Origin: Bugula neritina
Taxonomy: Eukaryota > Animalia > Bryozoa
DNA length: 64,000 bases
Assembly (NCBI GenBank): GCA_964035545.1
Contig: OZ037769.1
Coordinates: forward strand, 2,914,001-2,978,000
Direction of reading: 5' to 3'
Under the pieces are notes generated by a model. The model made no database searches, was not told the DNA's origin, and saw nothing but the letters and a program-made list of their open reading frames with translations. Below are positions 34,301-51,400 of the stretch, piece by piece. The position numbers and the translations under genes were made by a program. How positions within the stretch are numbered: the first letter of the stretch is position 1; each line of letters starts with the position of its first letter.

Positions 34301-34640
34301 ACACATATAACAACAAATACAATACTCATAGCTACAAGTACATATCTATAAGTTCATTGATTTTCAACAATTTTTTTGCTAAATAGATACATTTTCAGGT
34401 TTACAAAATTATGAGCATCATCATGAAGATGATAATTGAAAATGATCATTATGATAATAAAACATCACGTGATGATTTAATTTTTATTTTATTAAATTTA
34501 ATTATTAGCATTATAATTATTCAATCAGGACGATTGTTTAGTTCTAATTCTTAAAAAAAAATAACAAGCAAATACTATGATTTGGTACTTTGTGAGAGTA
34601 GAACGTTTTTGGTGGCAGTGATAGGTGATGTTGGCTCCAT
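22379..34640 (-). CDS. Ankyrin-repeat protein, about 9 exons; intron 1 is interrupted by the Gypsy element
   Basis: Exon 1 (34640-34589) MEPTSPITATKNVLLSQ joins in phase 1 to exon 2 at 26835: RNLISAAEKGNV..RSPLHIACGYGQ. Further ankyrin repeats include GRTPLHDACQGGH, GMAPLHTAAFHG, GQEPIHLAV, GKQPLHYAAQHG, GCVPAHLAS and GNTVGHCAAEKGH. The tail has CPQC and ends ..FYGQHLDSYTNK*. Terminal exons are less certain. Confidence 0.82.
24303..24558. mobile_element. Non-autonomous hAT (Charlie-like) MITE, 256 bp
   Basis: TIRs CAGGGGTGGGCAACT / AGTTTCCCACCCCTG (14/15 match). Perfect 8-bp TSD CTATATAA at 24295-24302 and 24559-24566. Subterminal GGGCCAC repeats. Confidence 0.9.
26849..27153 (-). repeat. 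3' LTR
   Basis: Direct repeat of 33987-34291 with 2 substitutions by eye; TG/CA termini. Confidence 0.97.
27154..27164 (-). other. Polypurine tract
   Basis: Minus strand GGAGGGGGCAG immediately before the 3' LTR TG. Confidence 0.85.
27422..28495 (-). CDS. Gypsy accessory ORF3 (357 aa): C2H2 zinc finger(s) plus C-terminal coiled coil
   Basis: Open 357 codons between pol and the PPT. CNLC-x12-HLPQH, followed by CPC-x12-H-x5-C. C-terminal heptad-like LREVEARAHDLEQEVYRL..LQESIKRMK. No signal peptide or transmembrane segment seen. Confidence 0.8.
   Translation of the reverse strand: METGSMPVNSELIQQIESELLGTTFHVNDDEDTVMADGLLDLELDTVLGQSTHDSSVPRVHSKSCDSQASNGRQSLELCCKDPPRSNNNSTFVDTLAPVSTDMPSLEMAWDSEPAPTTPTTRQLPPQLEATSNWITPATEREIRTHQGGESNRECNLCQQRFTTHRRLKVHLPQHYITTFCPCGEYSYNRDYLLRHQRTMQCYQGHVYEVDESSYPAFLNAIKPLITDSARLSRLEQGFPSPRPIISGATDKPTQSANSPPQSPIRMPHTFPRVVLQRVDTNAYTLPPPIPSSERKRHRQPTSSRSSPWARNLREVEARAHDLEQEVYRLAPRIQAASSELKYLQESIKRMKRAARN
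28513..29043 (-). CDS. Probable true C-terminal tail of pol/integrase, in a shifted frame
   Basis: Pro/Glu-rich linker then RGQRTRKPPPYLKDF, resembling the R..R.R.PP.YL.D motif that commonly ends Gypsy integrases. Overlaps the end of the pol ORF. Confidence 0.6.
   Translation of the reverse strand: MSTEACPPPPSLIPSLPETEPVPEVQTPTEGGAPSGEQEEVTTNGEVETPLEAPTNEPASVSPPLERGQRTRKPPPYLKDFICDCIRSGAHESLGENRTTKCWSCEPHANINFCEGGIMGGINARKANSSDLVPQKRCSAFSYADIAKGRRIPQPAPTLPRTLSMDINTEFPGKPV
28913..32788 (-). CDS. pol: Gypsy pol polyprotein (protease, reverse transcriptase, RNase H, integrase)
   Basis: LLDSG (PR); WRFCVDYRKLN, LPFGL and YLDD (RT); DTDAS and NADGLSR (RH); HKQAH..CEIC, VAVDLVGP, IHSDQG, NGVVER (IN); GPY/F motif KLKPKFVGPY. 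Confidence 0.97.
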   Translation of the reverse strand: MKVQPHGESYFLPGKVAGNAVTFLLDSGCTTNLLSRRVFEALPRRDRDRVRPYTGEHGTLADGSCIPFYGIIELPGRVRDQAVQETFVIGQLEEDAILGMPFLKQHQCRIDFSKSVVLMGGRELACVDKFGRPLVGGVQVVRNCTVPGRSRATIHCRVNSNQIARLGVVESTHEKIQLASSLNRLTERGEVLVQCVNPFTEPIELPAGSMLGRFHSVQEKDVGPSLGDATEAPPRHPIQGRGAVPTHLRELYETASGGCASNRERQAMAKLLRDYGDVFSSGEHDVGLTGIVRHEIPLTAGTAPVRQPTRRLGPEKEKEVSRQVRDLLDRGLIEPAHSAWSSPVVLVRKKDGSWRFCVDYRKLNSVTIQDAYPLPRIDESLDALAGSKYFSTLDLLSGYWQVPLSLDAQEEAAFITRDGLWKWKVLPFGLTSAPATFQRLMEQVLSGLHWKTLLVYLDDVIVISPDFETHVSRLQEVFERLRGAGLKLKPSKCALLQPEVKYLGHVVGRNGVATDPEKVRAVEDWVTPQDLTGLRAFLGLVGYYRQYIPDFAGIAQPLNRLTAKGVTWQWTPVEQEAFDRLKGCLLTAPILAYPDPTLEYILDTDASDQNVGAVLSQVQEGREVVVAYYSKSLSPAERNYCTTRKELLAVIKSVKHFRPYLYGRKFRLRTDHASLIWLCRRAEPSSQVARWLEILAEFSYRIEHRPGKRHSNADGLSRRPDGGCKQCLNIERRDGGPPRCELETLAHHGAPFDWDQGQLRQRVDESPEDVQNLRANPVLAGNVRELKKLQEELPGVVADIYRAKREGRRPSEERIRQGCAEFRLYCQRWDSLRIGQDGLLTISLAASGRHPERKRVVCPTAIRRELIWDTHKQAHAGVKRVISKLRLRWYWPQMERDVRLRVKQCEICQASKHSRPPGEAGRRRLYAGRPWQVVAVDLVGPMPLTPRGNNWILVLTDHFTRWADALAIPDASAPTVARALDQHVFCYFGLPEQIHSDQGAQFQSQLMSDLCHLWGVNQSRTTPYHPQGNGVVERNNRMLGDALRSLLLGRGQEEWDTVLPQVMRAYRSTPHTSTGETPNLLMLGRETRVPDHLTYHVPEQDNSVHEYASELVERMKAAHDILRQQQWKVRHEDSDEPPLYQRGDKVWMVNYRRRRGQADKLKPKFVGPYVVVEAMPNHTYKIERSGQVSIQNESRLKPYWASPDGVGEAPPLLEPRRQTTTRGRRRHGPEYEVVIPREENLVREERQLFVNRSVSAAAKSNSITSRNRAGSGSANPHGGRGSIRRTRRGDH
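32785..33180 (-). CDS. Pre-protease linker frame between gag and pol (-1 relative to gag)
   Basis: Frame open from 33180 to TGA at 32787-32785. Contains WQVPRK..LPLANRFHRL. Overlaps the gag end across the candidate slippery site. Confidence 0.6.
   Translation of the reverse strand, partial: SGPGTERTTPIPGGVKLSRPADTLPPRGPQLKEYGGTRRRLSVRTRRNIPPEWQVPRKTSRPAQRPSTFSLPLANRFHRLPREEEPATEMEPEGPVERPKPRRHQPRRRKPRKPRVKPPPSCQTRTAHAGG
33087..33953 (-). CDS. gag: Gypsy gag (288 aa)
   Basis: First ORF after the PBS. PTFTGSEDVEQFIQEF..W..ALRARFG..SLQEHA..LAQIAY..AFVQSL capsid-like pattern. No CCHC knuckle visible. Confidence 0.88.
   Translation of the reverse strand: METENARMQPPPVEGERRNAVNPVNREGEEAYRHCLKAPTFTGSEDVEQFIQEFREVMEVAQWPHRVALIQLRRAVTEQAKPYGVGTDVDGILAALRARFGTSVIDARTKLERLCRTPRTSLQEHAATVKKLAQIAYSDLPAQHQERYTYDAFVQSLNDLGLDHHLRAKGITRIEDALKAGEAYLLATQMHRAQRNPPVVGVSAARATTGSEALPLEAEVDRMIEMLGQLVTILAGAGPGQALRMPPTSVGQGWSSADQDQGQKGRPQYQGALNCHGPRTHFLPAGRN
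33094..33138 (-). promoter_or_regulatory. Candidate -1 ribosomal frameshift signal
   Basis: G_TTA_AAC in the gag frame (33138-33132), 5-nt spacer, then a perfect 10-bp stem CGGCCCGCGG/CCGCGGGCCG with a 13-nt loop. Confidence 0.7.
33968..33985 (-). other. Primer binding site, tRNA-Leu
   Basis: TGGTGGCAGCGGTGGGAT, 1 nt inside the 5' LTR. Complementary to the 3' end ATCCCACCGCTGCCA-CCA of animal tRNA-Leu(AAG/TAG), as recalled. Confidence 0.9.
33987..34291 (-). repeat. 5' LTR
   Basis: 305-bp direct repeat, followed on the minus strand by the PBS. Confidence 0.97.
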
Positions 34641-36796
34641 TCTAATTCTGATTGCTAACTGTCGGTTGATCAATTGCCCTTGGTAGTCATGGCGCTTGCA
34701 AAACAAAAAAAAATGGAAACTCGTTGAATGAATTTAATAGGTAATTCTGTCAGCTATTCTAATTGGATAAAAGACTGTAAGCTAGTTTTCTAAGCGAACT
34801 ATTTTATCGGGTTCACTGACAAATAAACGATATAACTATCGTCGTACACTTTATGAAGGTGAGGGTTATTAGAAACGTTTCAACTGTTGTGTTCCAATTT
34901 CGTCAGGCAAGTTCATGTTGTGAAAAAAAGGTATAACATTCAAGTTTCCAACCATATATGTTCATTTACCAAGTATCTTGTAGACTGTAAGCTTCATTTT
35001 TTGATTTTAAACGCTATATTGGACATTTTATTGCTCTTTATTGGTAAGTTGCTGGTGAATAAGAATTTAAATTAGACCAAGCTGAAGCTGAAAGTAAAAC
35101 TTAAAATTTAGTTCAACTTTTAACTTTAACTTTAGTTTCAAAACTAACGCTAAGAGTAAGACATTTAGACTTTGTGTTACTACGAGTATCACACAGTAAC
35201 TGTAAGTCTTAAAGTTAAGCTTCAAATTATTTAATTTCTTTTTCATGTCGATATTAAACTCGATATTGTTGATCACTAAATATTAATATTTATAATTTGA
35301 ATTATAATAAATTTCAGAATCAATTCACTATTAGTATTACAGTATTAGTATTAGTATAAGTATTAGTATTACTATTACTATTAGTAATACAAATACAGTA
35401 TTAGTATCTAATATTAATAATAATTATAATAATATTAATTGTATATTTTTAATTTAATATTATATTTCAATTTATTCACGTTTAACTTTATTGTTATATT
35501 ATAATTTATGATTATAATAATTATGAAATTAAATATAATAATCAAATTATTAATAACAATAATGAATGAATAATCAATTTTATTGATAATATGAACTTGA
35601 ATGTCATACTGATCTTTTGAGTTATGACTGATGAGTTATATTTATGCTATAACTAATACTAATAGTAAAACCTTTAGGCCTAGTTATACTAATAATAGTA
35701 ATAGTAATACTAATACTAATAGTAACATGCGGGTTCTAAGACTAAGTTTTGGTTTACGCTAGTCTAAAGTGAATAGCTTTAAGTTTAGGTGATTACTATT
35801 AGTATTAGCTTTAATTGCATTACGATTATCATTATGATTAAGTGAGTATGACCATTGACTGTGAGTATCATTGTCAGTATCAGTATGATTATTGACTTAC
35901 CGAATTCTTGATACTCTGATATTATCACTAATTATTATGATTATGATTCAGATTCATAGTCATATTCACATTTTGCTTTGACTTGGGTTAATAATAAATA
36001 AGTTATGAATCAACGTGATATTTGACCTTGTAGTTTTAGTCATACCCATTAGCCACTAGCTCTAGTAGTTGTAGGTATCATCCAAATAATTGAGTTATAA
36101 CCAAAGTGATACTCATACCCATACGAATAATGATAATGACATTTATGTTGACAATGATAGTAAACTAATACTATTATTTTCAGAATAGAAATTTTATTTA
36201 CTTTTAGCTCTATAAATTATTATGAATGATGTTTCATTAATGGTGTTAAAATAAATCATTAGAAAATTTAGATTTGCCGATCTACTATTATTAGTTTGAT
36301 GTATTCACTATAAACTAAAATAAATGCCAAATAAGAGTAATTGCTACTGGTCATGACTGTTACAACTATTATATTTTAGATAGTGTATTGTGAGTTGTAA
36401 TTCAGAACTGATTCAAGGCTAAAAAAAGATCCTCAAATTTCCTTTTCGGTTTCTGCTGATTAGTTTTTTACAACCTCTGATTGATTTATTTAAGTCAAGG
36501 ACCATATACTGTACTGACACAGGGTTGATTGCAGTGCAGCTACACTGTCAAGAGTTTGGAGGTATTGCTTAGTAGTATAATGAATTTGTGCTTCTGTTTA
36601 TATGTATCTGTGTATGTATATATCTGTGTATGTGTATATCTGTGTATGTGTATATCTGTGTATGTGTATATCTGTGTATATGTTTGTATGTAGATATTTT
36701 TCTATATTTTCTTGGATTTATGTGGTCCTGCAGATACATGATTGTAAGCTTTCAAGCTTTTCCAGGTAGTTGATATCAGCCGGTAAACCCTCAGTC

Positions 36797-37389
36797 ATGG
36801 GTAGAAGGAAGAAGGCTAACAAGCCACCACCAAAACGAAAGGCTATTGAAGCCCTCGACACACAGTTTACTTGTCCATTCTGCAATCATGAGAAATCTTG
36901 TGAAGTTAAATTGTGAGTCTAGTTTCTAGTCTGGCTTCATTCATGACTTAATAATGACAAGTTTTAGGCGTCATTCAATGACTAATACATCATATTTCAA
37001 TAATTGTTCAATATTTTATGATTATTCAATACTTCAATAGTTGTTCAATATTTGATGATTGCAGAGAGAAGGCCAGGAACACGGGCGTTATTAGCTGCCG
37101 AGTCTGTTCAGAGAGTTTCCAGACTTCAATCAACTGTATCCTTTTCTAATTAATTATCTCTTCTGTATTAACATCCAATTAATATGTCCGATAGTTCATT
37201 CAACTGTTAGTATACGGGTAGATGTTAAATGTAGTTGTTAACGAATTTTAGTATAGACTTGAAGTTCACATTTATTATTGGGTTGTTGTGTAGAGTTGAT
37301 TTCCTTTACTCTGTTCGTGTGTAGATCTCTCTGAGGCTGTAGATGTCTATGCAGATTGGATAGATGCTTGTGAACAAGCAAACGCGTAG
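36797..37389 (+). CDS. ELOF1: Transcription elongation factor 1 homolog (Elf1), 3 coding exons: 36797-36912, 37065-37135, 37325-37389
   Basis: [39 protein letters not shown]|[24 protein letters not shown]|[20 protein letters not shown]. Confidence 0.97.
37136..37324 (+). other. U12-type (minor spliceosome) GT-AG intron
   Basis: 5' splice site GTATCCTTTT. Branch-like TTTCCTTTAC at 37300-37309, about 15 nt before the AG. Confidence 0.85.
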
Positions 37390-39951
37390 CATTAAACTCA
37401 TCACTAAAGTTCATGGACCAATAGCAGTGTGCTAGACAAAATACCGGCCAATAAACTCAATGGTACTAATTTGGAATAGATTATTAGTTAACAGAGGCTG
37501 TGTCTCAACAACTGATTTATATGAACTGACTCGTGTGTATCTTTACTGCTGGACTGGTGTAATAAATTGCCTTGGTAACAATATTACCTTTAACAATTAG
37601 CTGTGACAATATTATACTTAGCTACGATGTCTTTCTGTATGTTGCCAGCGGTTATAAAGTTATTTTGCAGAGGTTAGTTCATAACTATACAGTTTCTACC
37701 TTGTAGTCTTAATCTGTTTCGGTATATGTGTATATGTGCCTAGGAAAGACTATTTTGTTGGTGTCTGTTTGTAAAGATGAGAAAGATTTACACTAACAGC
37801 ACAGCTTTTGTACTCGGAAACTAGTATAAATTTCATTAAATTTGACTTCACAAAGTTTATTAGGAGTTGTCTTTCAAGGACGTCGTGTTCGCAGCAACAA
37901 ATAGAAAAGTGTTTTTAACCTAATTGAGAGCACTAATATTGACGTAGTTCTTGTTCATTTTTAAACATTTTGAATTACAAATGGTAAGTAACTACTAGAA
38001 AAGCTTTTAATTGAATATACAAAGTTCTAAACGACTTCCGTAGTAGATTTTTTGAAAAAAAGATGGTTGTAGCCACCTGGCCATTGTTATTGTTATGGCA
38101 AGAAGTTGCGAGAAACACATTAACGCTGATCTTCCCAATCATCTTTACTGCAGTTTTATGATTTTGTTCCTAAGAATTGACAACTCCCAATAACCTTTGC
38201 AGAAGGCCTTTACATGAATTTAGTCTATTCCTGGTCATCCTTCAGTCATGTGTATATAATATAGGTATTGTCTGTACTATACTTATATGTTATTCATGTG
38301 TTGAACTAGCTTAATACCTATCAAGTTGCTTGTATTTAGTCCACCTACCCAATTAAAATATAGTTTTTATCTTTACTAGAGTTATAGATAACTTTTGCTA
38401 ATGGTTTATGCTTGTGTGATGAAAATACCTTCATTAGTTTATAATATGATGTAAATAGGTGAAATATATTGCAGTTGTCCAAAGTCATTGATTTATAACA
38501 ATATTTGCCAAATGCATATTTTGGAGGTTCTGTGAAATACAATTTCTTTGCAACAAATTAATTTGCTATTGGCGTTTTTATTTCAGTTTTAGAGAAACAA
38601 CGCAATACGAATATAATTGTTCACATTTGCTCATCCTATTAACACATCCAACTCAGTTTTATTCAATATACATCAAAGGTTTCTAAAAAATAGAAGCCTG
38701 CAGTCTCAAAGATATTAATGCAAGGTCAAAAAAAGAATTCCTTACACCCTTGCTAGAAATTTTAACAGGTTATTGCCAGTTAGTTTGTAAATACTTGAAT
38801 GTTACTGTAACCAATAGTAGCTCATCTCCAGATTTTGGGTAAACCAAGCCAATTCCCTTTCCTCACAAGGTAGGAATCCTGCTTGTAGCTGAGGTATGTC
38901 GCAGATATATTTTCAAGTGGTGAATAAAGTGAGGGAGATATAGGTCAATGACCCAAATAATACCTTTGAACTTTTTTAAAATATAGACTTTATAGTCTTA
39001 TCATGCAAATAACAGTATGACAAATCACTGAGTATCTAATCGTACCAAGAAGTTGCCGGGAGTTTTAAATAAAATTATATTTAGAAAGTAAAAGAATTTT
39101 TAAAATAAAATTGAACTATTTATTTCTTGTATTTGAAAATCAATTTGATGAACTATACATCAACAAAAATGTATCAATTAGCAGATCACAATCTAAAAAA
39201 TACGAATTAAAGAACATATTTAAAACTTTTGTCATTATTGTCAATCAGAAACTTTTGTTGGAATATCTTAATACTGCAGAAACCAAAATTTTGGTGCCCA
39301 GAACGTCTTAAGTATAAAATATAACAGCAATGCTGTTTTGTCTATAAATTAATAATCAAATTTGTCTATAGATTTCAAAAATGCAAAATTCAACACATTC
39401 TCTAAAAGCCAAAAAAATCAGATGAAATCAAACTTAACTCAGTAAGTCATCGCATATTGCAATAACTACTTATAGTAATTAATATTTGCTTATTAAAACA
39501 GATCCATCAAGTGAAACGAATTTAGCCAAATGATTTTAGATTGAAGCCCAGCAGTGAAGGACTTTGACAATTTGAATATCAAACTTGGGACGGACAAAAT
39601 ACAGCATTTCTTAAGACAGACGTTTACATTTGAAGATAACTAGTTCATGCTAACTTACATTTGATACGCAAATAACAGCCAACAGGAAAAACTTCAATAA
39701 AATAAACCTAGCACCCTACAATCCGTGATTTATCATAACACAAGACGAAGATAAAAACAATAAACAGCGATTTTATAGAAAATTTCACTTAGTAAACGTA
39801 GATCATATATTGCGAAAATCACTGTACATTAAAAACATACATAGTTTAATTAAAATATATATATGTATGACATGACTTAGAATATACAAGTATATTGAAT
39901 GCCTTTAAGTTTAAGCTGTGTCACAGATAAGAAGGTACAGACTATAGTTCC

Positions 39952-46277
<6,326 letters not shown>

Positions 46278-48430
46278 ATTAAAACTAGATGACTGTCAAC
46301 TGGTTAATTATAAGCTCCCACCACACCTTTGGTAATGAAATTTCCTAAAAGAAGAGATTTTAAAACATATACCATTGAGCATCATTTTGACCAAACAAAG
46401 TGAAAGTATGTATGCAAGTCAGTAGGTGTATATGTGTATAGTGTATATGTTTTAAAACACATTATTCCAAACTAGCATATTGTTAAGCCTGTTACAAGAG
46501 CAATGAACAATTTATATCATCACTCAAAATTATAACACAAATTAAAATTTTTGTTTTTAAATATTTATATCCATATCATTTATTATGAACTAACTACAAT
46601 TACTTTTCTCTTAAATTCCATAAAATAAAAGTTACAATATTACCTTTTTCTTTATAAAAGTGAAGTCCAATGATAAAGTTATAAACTTAAACTTGAAGTT
46701 AATTCATATCATTATTATCAGGATAATGTGTTACTATTAGTATTATATTTGTATGAACATTACCATCGTGATCATCAAACTAGAACTCAATATAATAAAC
46801 GTAAGTAATTCAGATTGAAACTGGACTTTTTGTATGCATGAAGCTCAAATACTTGTTACATGCTGCTGATAAGCATCAATATGATCAATATGAACATAAC
46901 CATGAGTAAAATGTTCATTTTGATGTCTGAATAAAGCTTGCCTTATTTTGGTTTTCATTTTCACCTTTAAAATGATATGTCAAATTTCGATTCAATAATA
47001 TTATTATTAATTAGAATAAACTCAATTACTGAAATTTATCATCTAATTTTACTATTAATATTTAGTCTAACTCTAACTTCAAGCATGTTCAACTAGTTCA
47101 CCCGTGATAGTTTCTGATTGCCTTTCACTTTAACTAAGCAAAGTAAAAGTGTAACCCTAACTGATACTGAGTATCATAATAATGAATAATCATAATTCAT
47201 CACTGTTTTATCAGTCATCACTGTGATCACATTGACATTCACTGTGAGTGTGCGTGTCTCATCACTCATGATTATCAATATCATTACCACTATCACTATG
47301 ACTTGAGTATGAGTATTAGTATTACATTAACTTTAAGTGATTAACATTGACTATCAGTATCACAATCGCTATGATTATGAGACCATCACTATTAAGTATG
47401 ATTTATTGATTAGCATTATCAAGTGATTATCATTATGACTATGAGTATGACTATCGTCTGACTATCGATAATCATAATGATTAGTGATAATGATAATCGT
47501 CCATCACTATGACTATCACTATCAGTATCACTATCAGTATCACTACGAGGTCGAGTGCGACGATGACTATCCGTATCACTATGACTATGCCATGCGAATA
47601 GTTCTAGTATAAATATTACTATTAGTACTATTACTAATAGCAATAGTGATAGCAATACTAATAGTAATAATGTAACAGTAATACTAATAGTAATAGTAGT
47701 ATTAATATAAAAGTCATTACGATTTATTTTCACTCGGGTTCGGGAAACGTGTCGAGCTCGGATACAGATAGGGGTTCGTTTTTCTTCTCTCCCATCTTAC
47801 CTCTTATTGCTACTCCCATCTATTTATTGTTGCTTTCGACAAATTTCATTTAAAAAATAAAATTCTTTATAAATACTTTTAAAAACTAAATTGTGTAATT
47901 TATCATTTATTCAAATTTATTTACATTATTTTGGTTTTGTAAAGATGGGTAATTAATGATTTTGGATCCGGTACTGTCAAACATTTTCGTAAGGTCAAGG
48001 TTTCCAAGGCACTAAACTGGAAGGGATTCCAATTCAGTGTTTAGAACGTAGACGTTTTTTGTGCGGGTGTATTTTTAGAGCCCCGTTGTAACTTTAATAT
48101 ATATTCAACGGTCACTAGTCTAAACCTTTTCTGCATACAATTCCATCACCATAAATATTAACATAGTAAAATAATACAGTAAAAATTGGATAACACTAGA
48201 AATGGAATAGATAATTTATATTTTAGTGCTTTTGATTTTCTTTGATTTTAAAAACCAGTTCCAATTTAACAAATGCATTCACTTTCAGCTTAAATTTAAT
48301 CTGCCTTTTTTATGTTTTGATACGATTATTATTAAGTTTAAGTCTTACAGTTAGTGTTACTTTAACTTTTACTCACTGTCTAAGTTTTTGTTTTAGGTGT
48401 GACTATAGGGGATTCTGGTTGATTTATTCA

Positions 48431-51400
48431 ATGTCAGTTTTAAGCCTCTCAGTTTTGTTACGGCCAACGACTCAACGGTTAGTGCCACAATCACTGTCAG
48501 TCTTAATAAAGACCCAACGTTCGTTCAGTCAAACATTCCAGCCGACGAATGCAGTAATATTGTCGAAGCTGACTCGATTCGAATATGAAAGAATTAGAAA
48601 TCACGAACTAGATGATGATGAGTTGAAAACCTTGGTATGTCACATATTGATAAAATTACATGATAATTGGCTTCAATGTCATGCTAATGCACCTTAATAA
48701 TAATAATAATAATAACAATAGAGTTGCTCTATGATCAAAATTACTTTATGCTTCAGAGTTAATGCATTAAGCTTTAAATCAATTTAGTATACGGTGTTTA
48801 TGTAAATCATTTTTTAAACTATTGTTAGCATATAGCCTATAGGGTGCTTGTTAGTACTTTTTGTTTATTGAAACATTGTCATATTTTATTTGTATTTTGT
48901 GATTAGTAATGAGTTTGAAATTTTATGCAATAATGTATGGAATTATATAAGTTTGTAATTTTTATTAGTTCTATAGTGGCAAAAGCACTTTCTCTAAATA
49001 TTATGCTTCTGGTATGGTGTTGATAACAAATGTGCACTAGTTCTTGTCTCTTCTGTTAGATGTTAGAACGAGGCTCTGACTACTATGGCCTCAAAGCTAG
49101 ACACTCTCGCCACATAGAGATCATGTCACATGTTGAAAGTCAGCTTCAAAATAGAGGTATATGTTGCACTTCCTCAGTTTATTTAAAGGTAAAATAATTG
49201 TTCAAGTTCAATATCAACTTTAAATACCAAAAGAAGGACACATAAACACCTATTAATAACTTAAAAGCTTACTTTTTGAAGTAATTTAAATGATAATTTT
49301 CTATTGTTAGTAAAAAGAATTTGATTGTGGTAAATTTTTGCACAGCTGCACCTAGAAAAGAATTTTGTCCTAGCGAATCTTTATCAACTCATACGGGAGC
49401 TCAACATACTTTGTTAGTTCACTATTTCTAATTCTGTTAGCATCTGCCACACACCACGTGCATGCATATGCCCACACGTATTTATTATCTATTATTTATC
49501 TTTACATTCATTTATTTTCATATAAATAATATTGTCAAAACAATGATTAGCGATGATTTCCGTTGATTTAGTCTAATGCTATAGAGGGTGGACTATTCTA
49601 CATATGTCTCACTAAAGTCTAGATTTTAGGCTAGGTGTTATGCATTCAATTAACTGTTGCTTTGTTTCAAGTATATTATGTTTCAATCTATTTACTCTGG
49701 CATATTTTATCAAAGTTAATGATTAGTTTTTGGTTTGATTTTGTTACTATTCAAACTGCCAGGATCAGAGACAAATGGCAATTCAATTTAATTGATTAAA
49801 ATAAAGTGTAGGACGTGAGTTGTAGTGATTAAATTTATAACAAGAAATATAAGTTTATAAGTGTGCATAAACTATGCACAATTCACCAACAGCAGTGCAT
49901 TCAAATAAACATATATGACGAATTAAGGATTTATCCTCTCTACTTGACTGCATTATTTTTCAGCATTGCAATGTTATTTCATAATAGCAGCATTTAGTGT
50001 TGGTATCTAGGAAGCAGTAATCAATACTCTGCCTTATCTTCTTTGCAGGTATTAGAACGAAAGTGGTGAGCCGAGCCAATTATTCCGGGGAATCCCTAAA
50101 GGGTGCTGACCTCATCATATCAGCCGGAGGTGACGGAACTTTTCTCCTGGGGGCCAGCAAGATAACCACACCTGACCTTCCCCTTCTCGGTGTCAACACA
50201 GACCCAGAGAGGTAATGCTTAGCTTATACAGGCTCTTTACATAGAGTCTAGTTTGGTAGTCTGATTGACTGGGAGGAGAGATTGTGATGTTATAGCTTTG
50301 TAGTATTTATCAAGTAAGTAGTAGCTTGAAAATGTATTTTGATAGTGTTTTGGTGTGTTTTTGTTCAAGAAAATATTCAAAAGGTGAGTTTTTTAGCTTC
50401 TTATAAATTAGAAAATCACTCAACTATTTTAACATACAACGAATTACAATCTATTCAATGTTATAGACTAAGTGCCTAGTTTTGTCAATGCTATATTCTA
50501 GAATAGGTAACCAATGCTATAATTATAATGTGATGACATTTCAACAGGTCTGAAGGCTATTTATGCCTGCCTAGGAAATACTCTCTCAACTTTGGGAAAG
50601 CCTTGGATAAGTTGCTCTCTGGGGATATGAGGTATAGTAGTTTTGGTTGTTGTAATATAAACATTTATTCGAAGTTGTCTTCTTTTCATATGTTTAAACC
50701 TAAAAAGTTCTTTAAATAATATTTTTTAATGCCTTTTTAGCTTATTGTGTAACCAAATGCGTCGTTATATTCATTTCATGTGACACTCATTTAACTTTCA
50801 CCTTTACTATTTATTGTTGTATTACTAAATTTAGAAAAAAGTGAATTTTGCAAAATAGTCCGACATCTTATACACTAGCACCAACTCGCTCTCAATCTGA
50901 ATATATCTATTTCTCTCTGATACTAATACTACATTGTAATTGGTGCATGTCACGGATAGGTTTGTTTTATGTTTTAATTCTTTACATTCTATAAGTTATA
51001 ATTAATAACTCGTTTCAAAAGTTAAAAAATCAGTTCATAAGTCAGGCATTTCATTTTAGTTGCGGTCAGTGATGATATTTTTACAAGTTTTTTTGGGTAA
51101 AATATCTGTTTACTTTGTTGGTGATTGTGTTTTGCGGAACATTGATGTGTTTTTTATTATGCAATATGTACTTTATCTTGCATAATTATACTATTACAAC
51201 AGTTCAATATAATTGTATTATTTATGAAAGTTCAATATATCAAAGTTATGCAATATCTGTGTGTCTCATTGCTGACATTACAGGTGGTTTCTGAGAAAGA
51301 GAATACGCATCACTATGTCTGGCAAACACGCCAATGACCAGCCAGTGCAGCTGTTGGAGCAGCAGTTGTCTTCCCCTGAATTCAGGTTAGATTATTCCTC

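Noticed and set aside
47419-47733. Membrane-protein-like ORF with SD repeats (also 35067-35276 and 44006-44287)
   Set aside because: Products of periodic low-complexity tracts with no splice or homology support.
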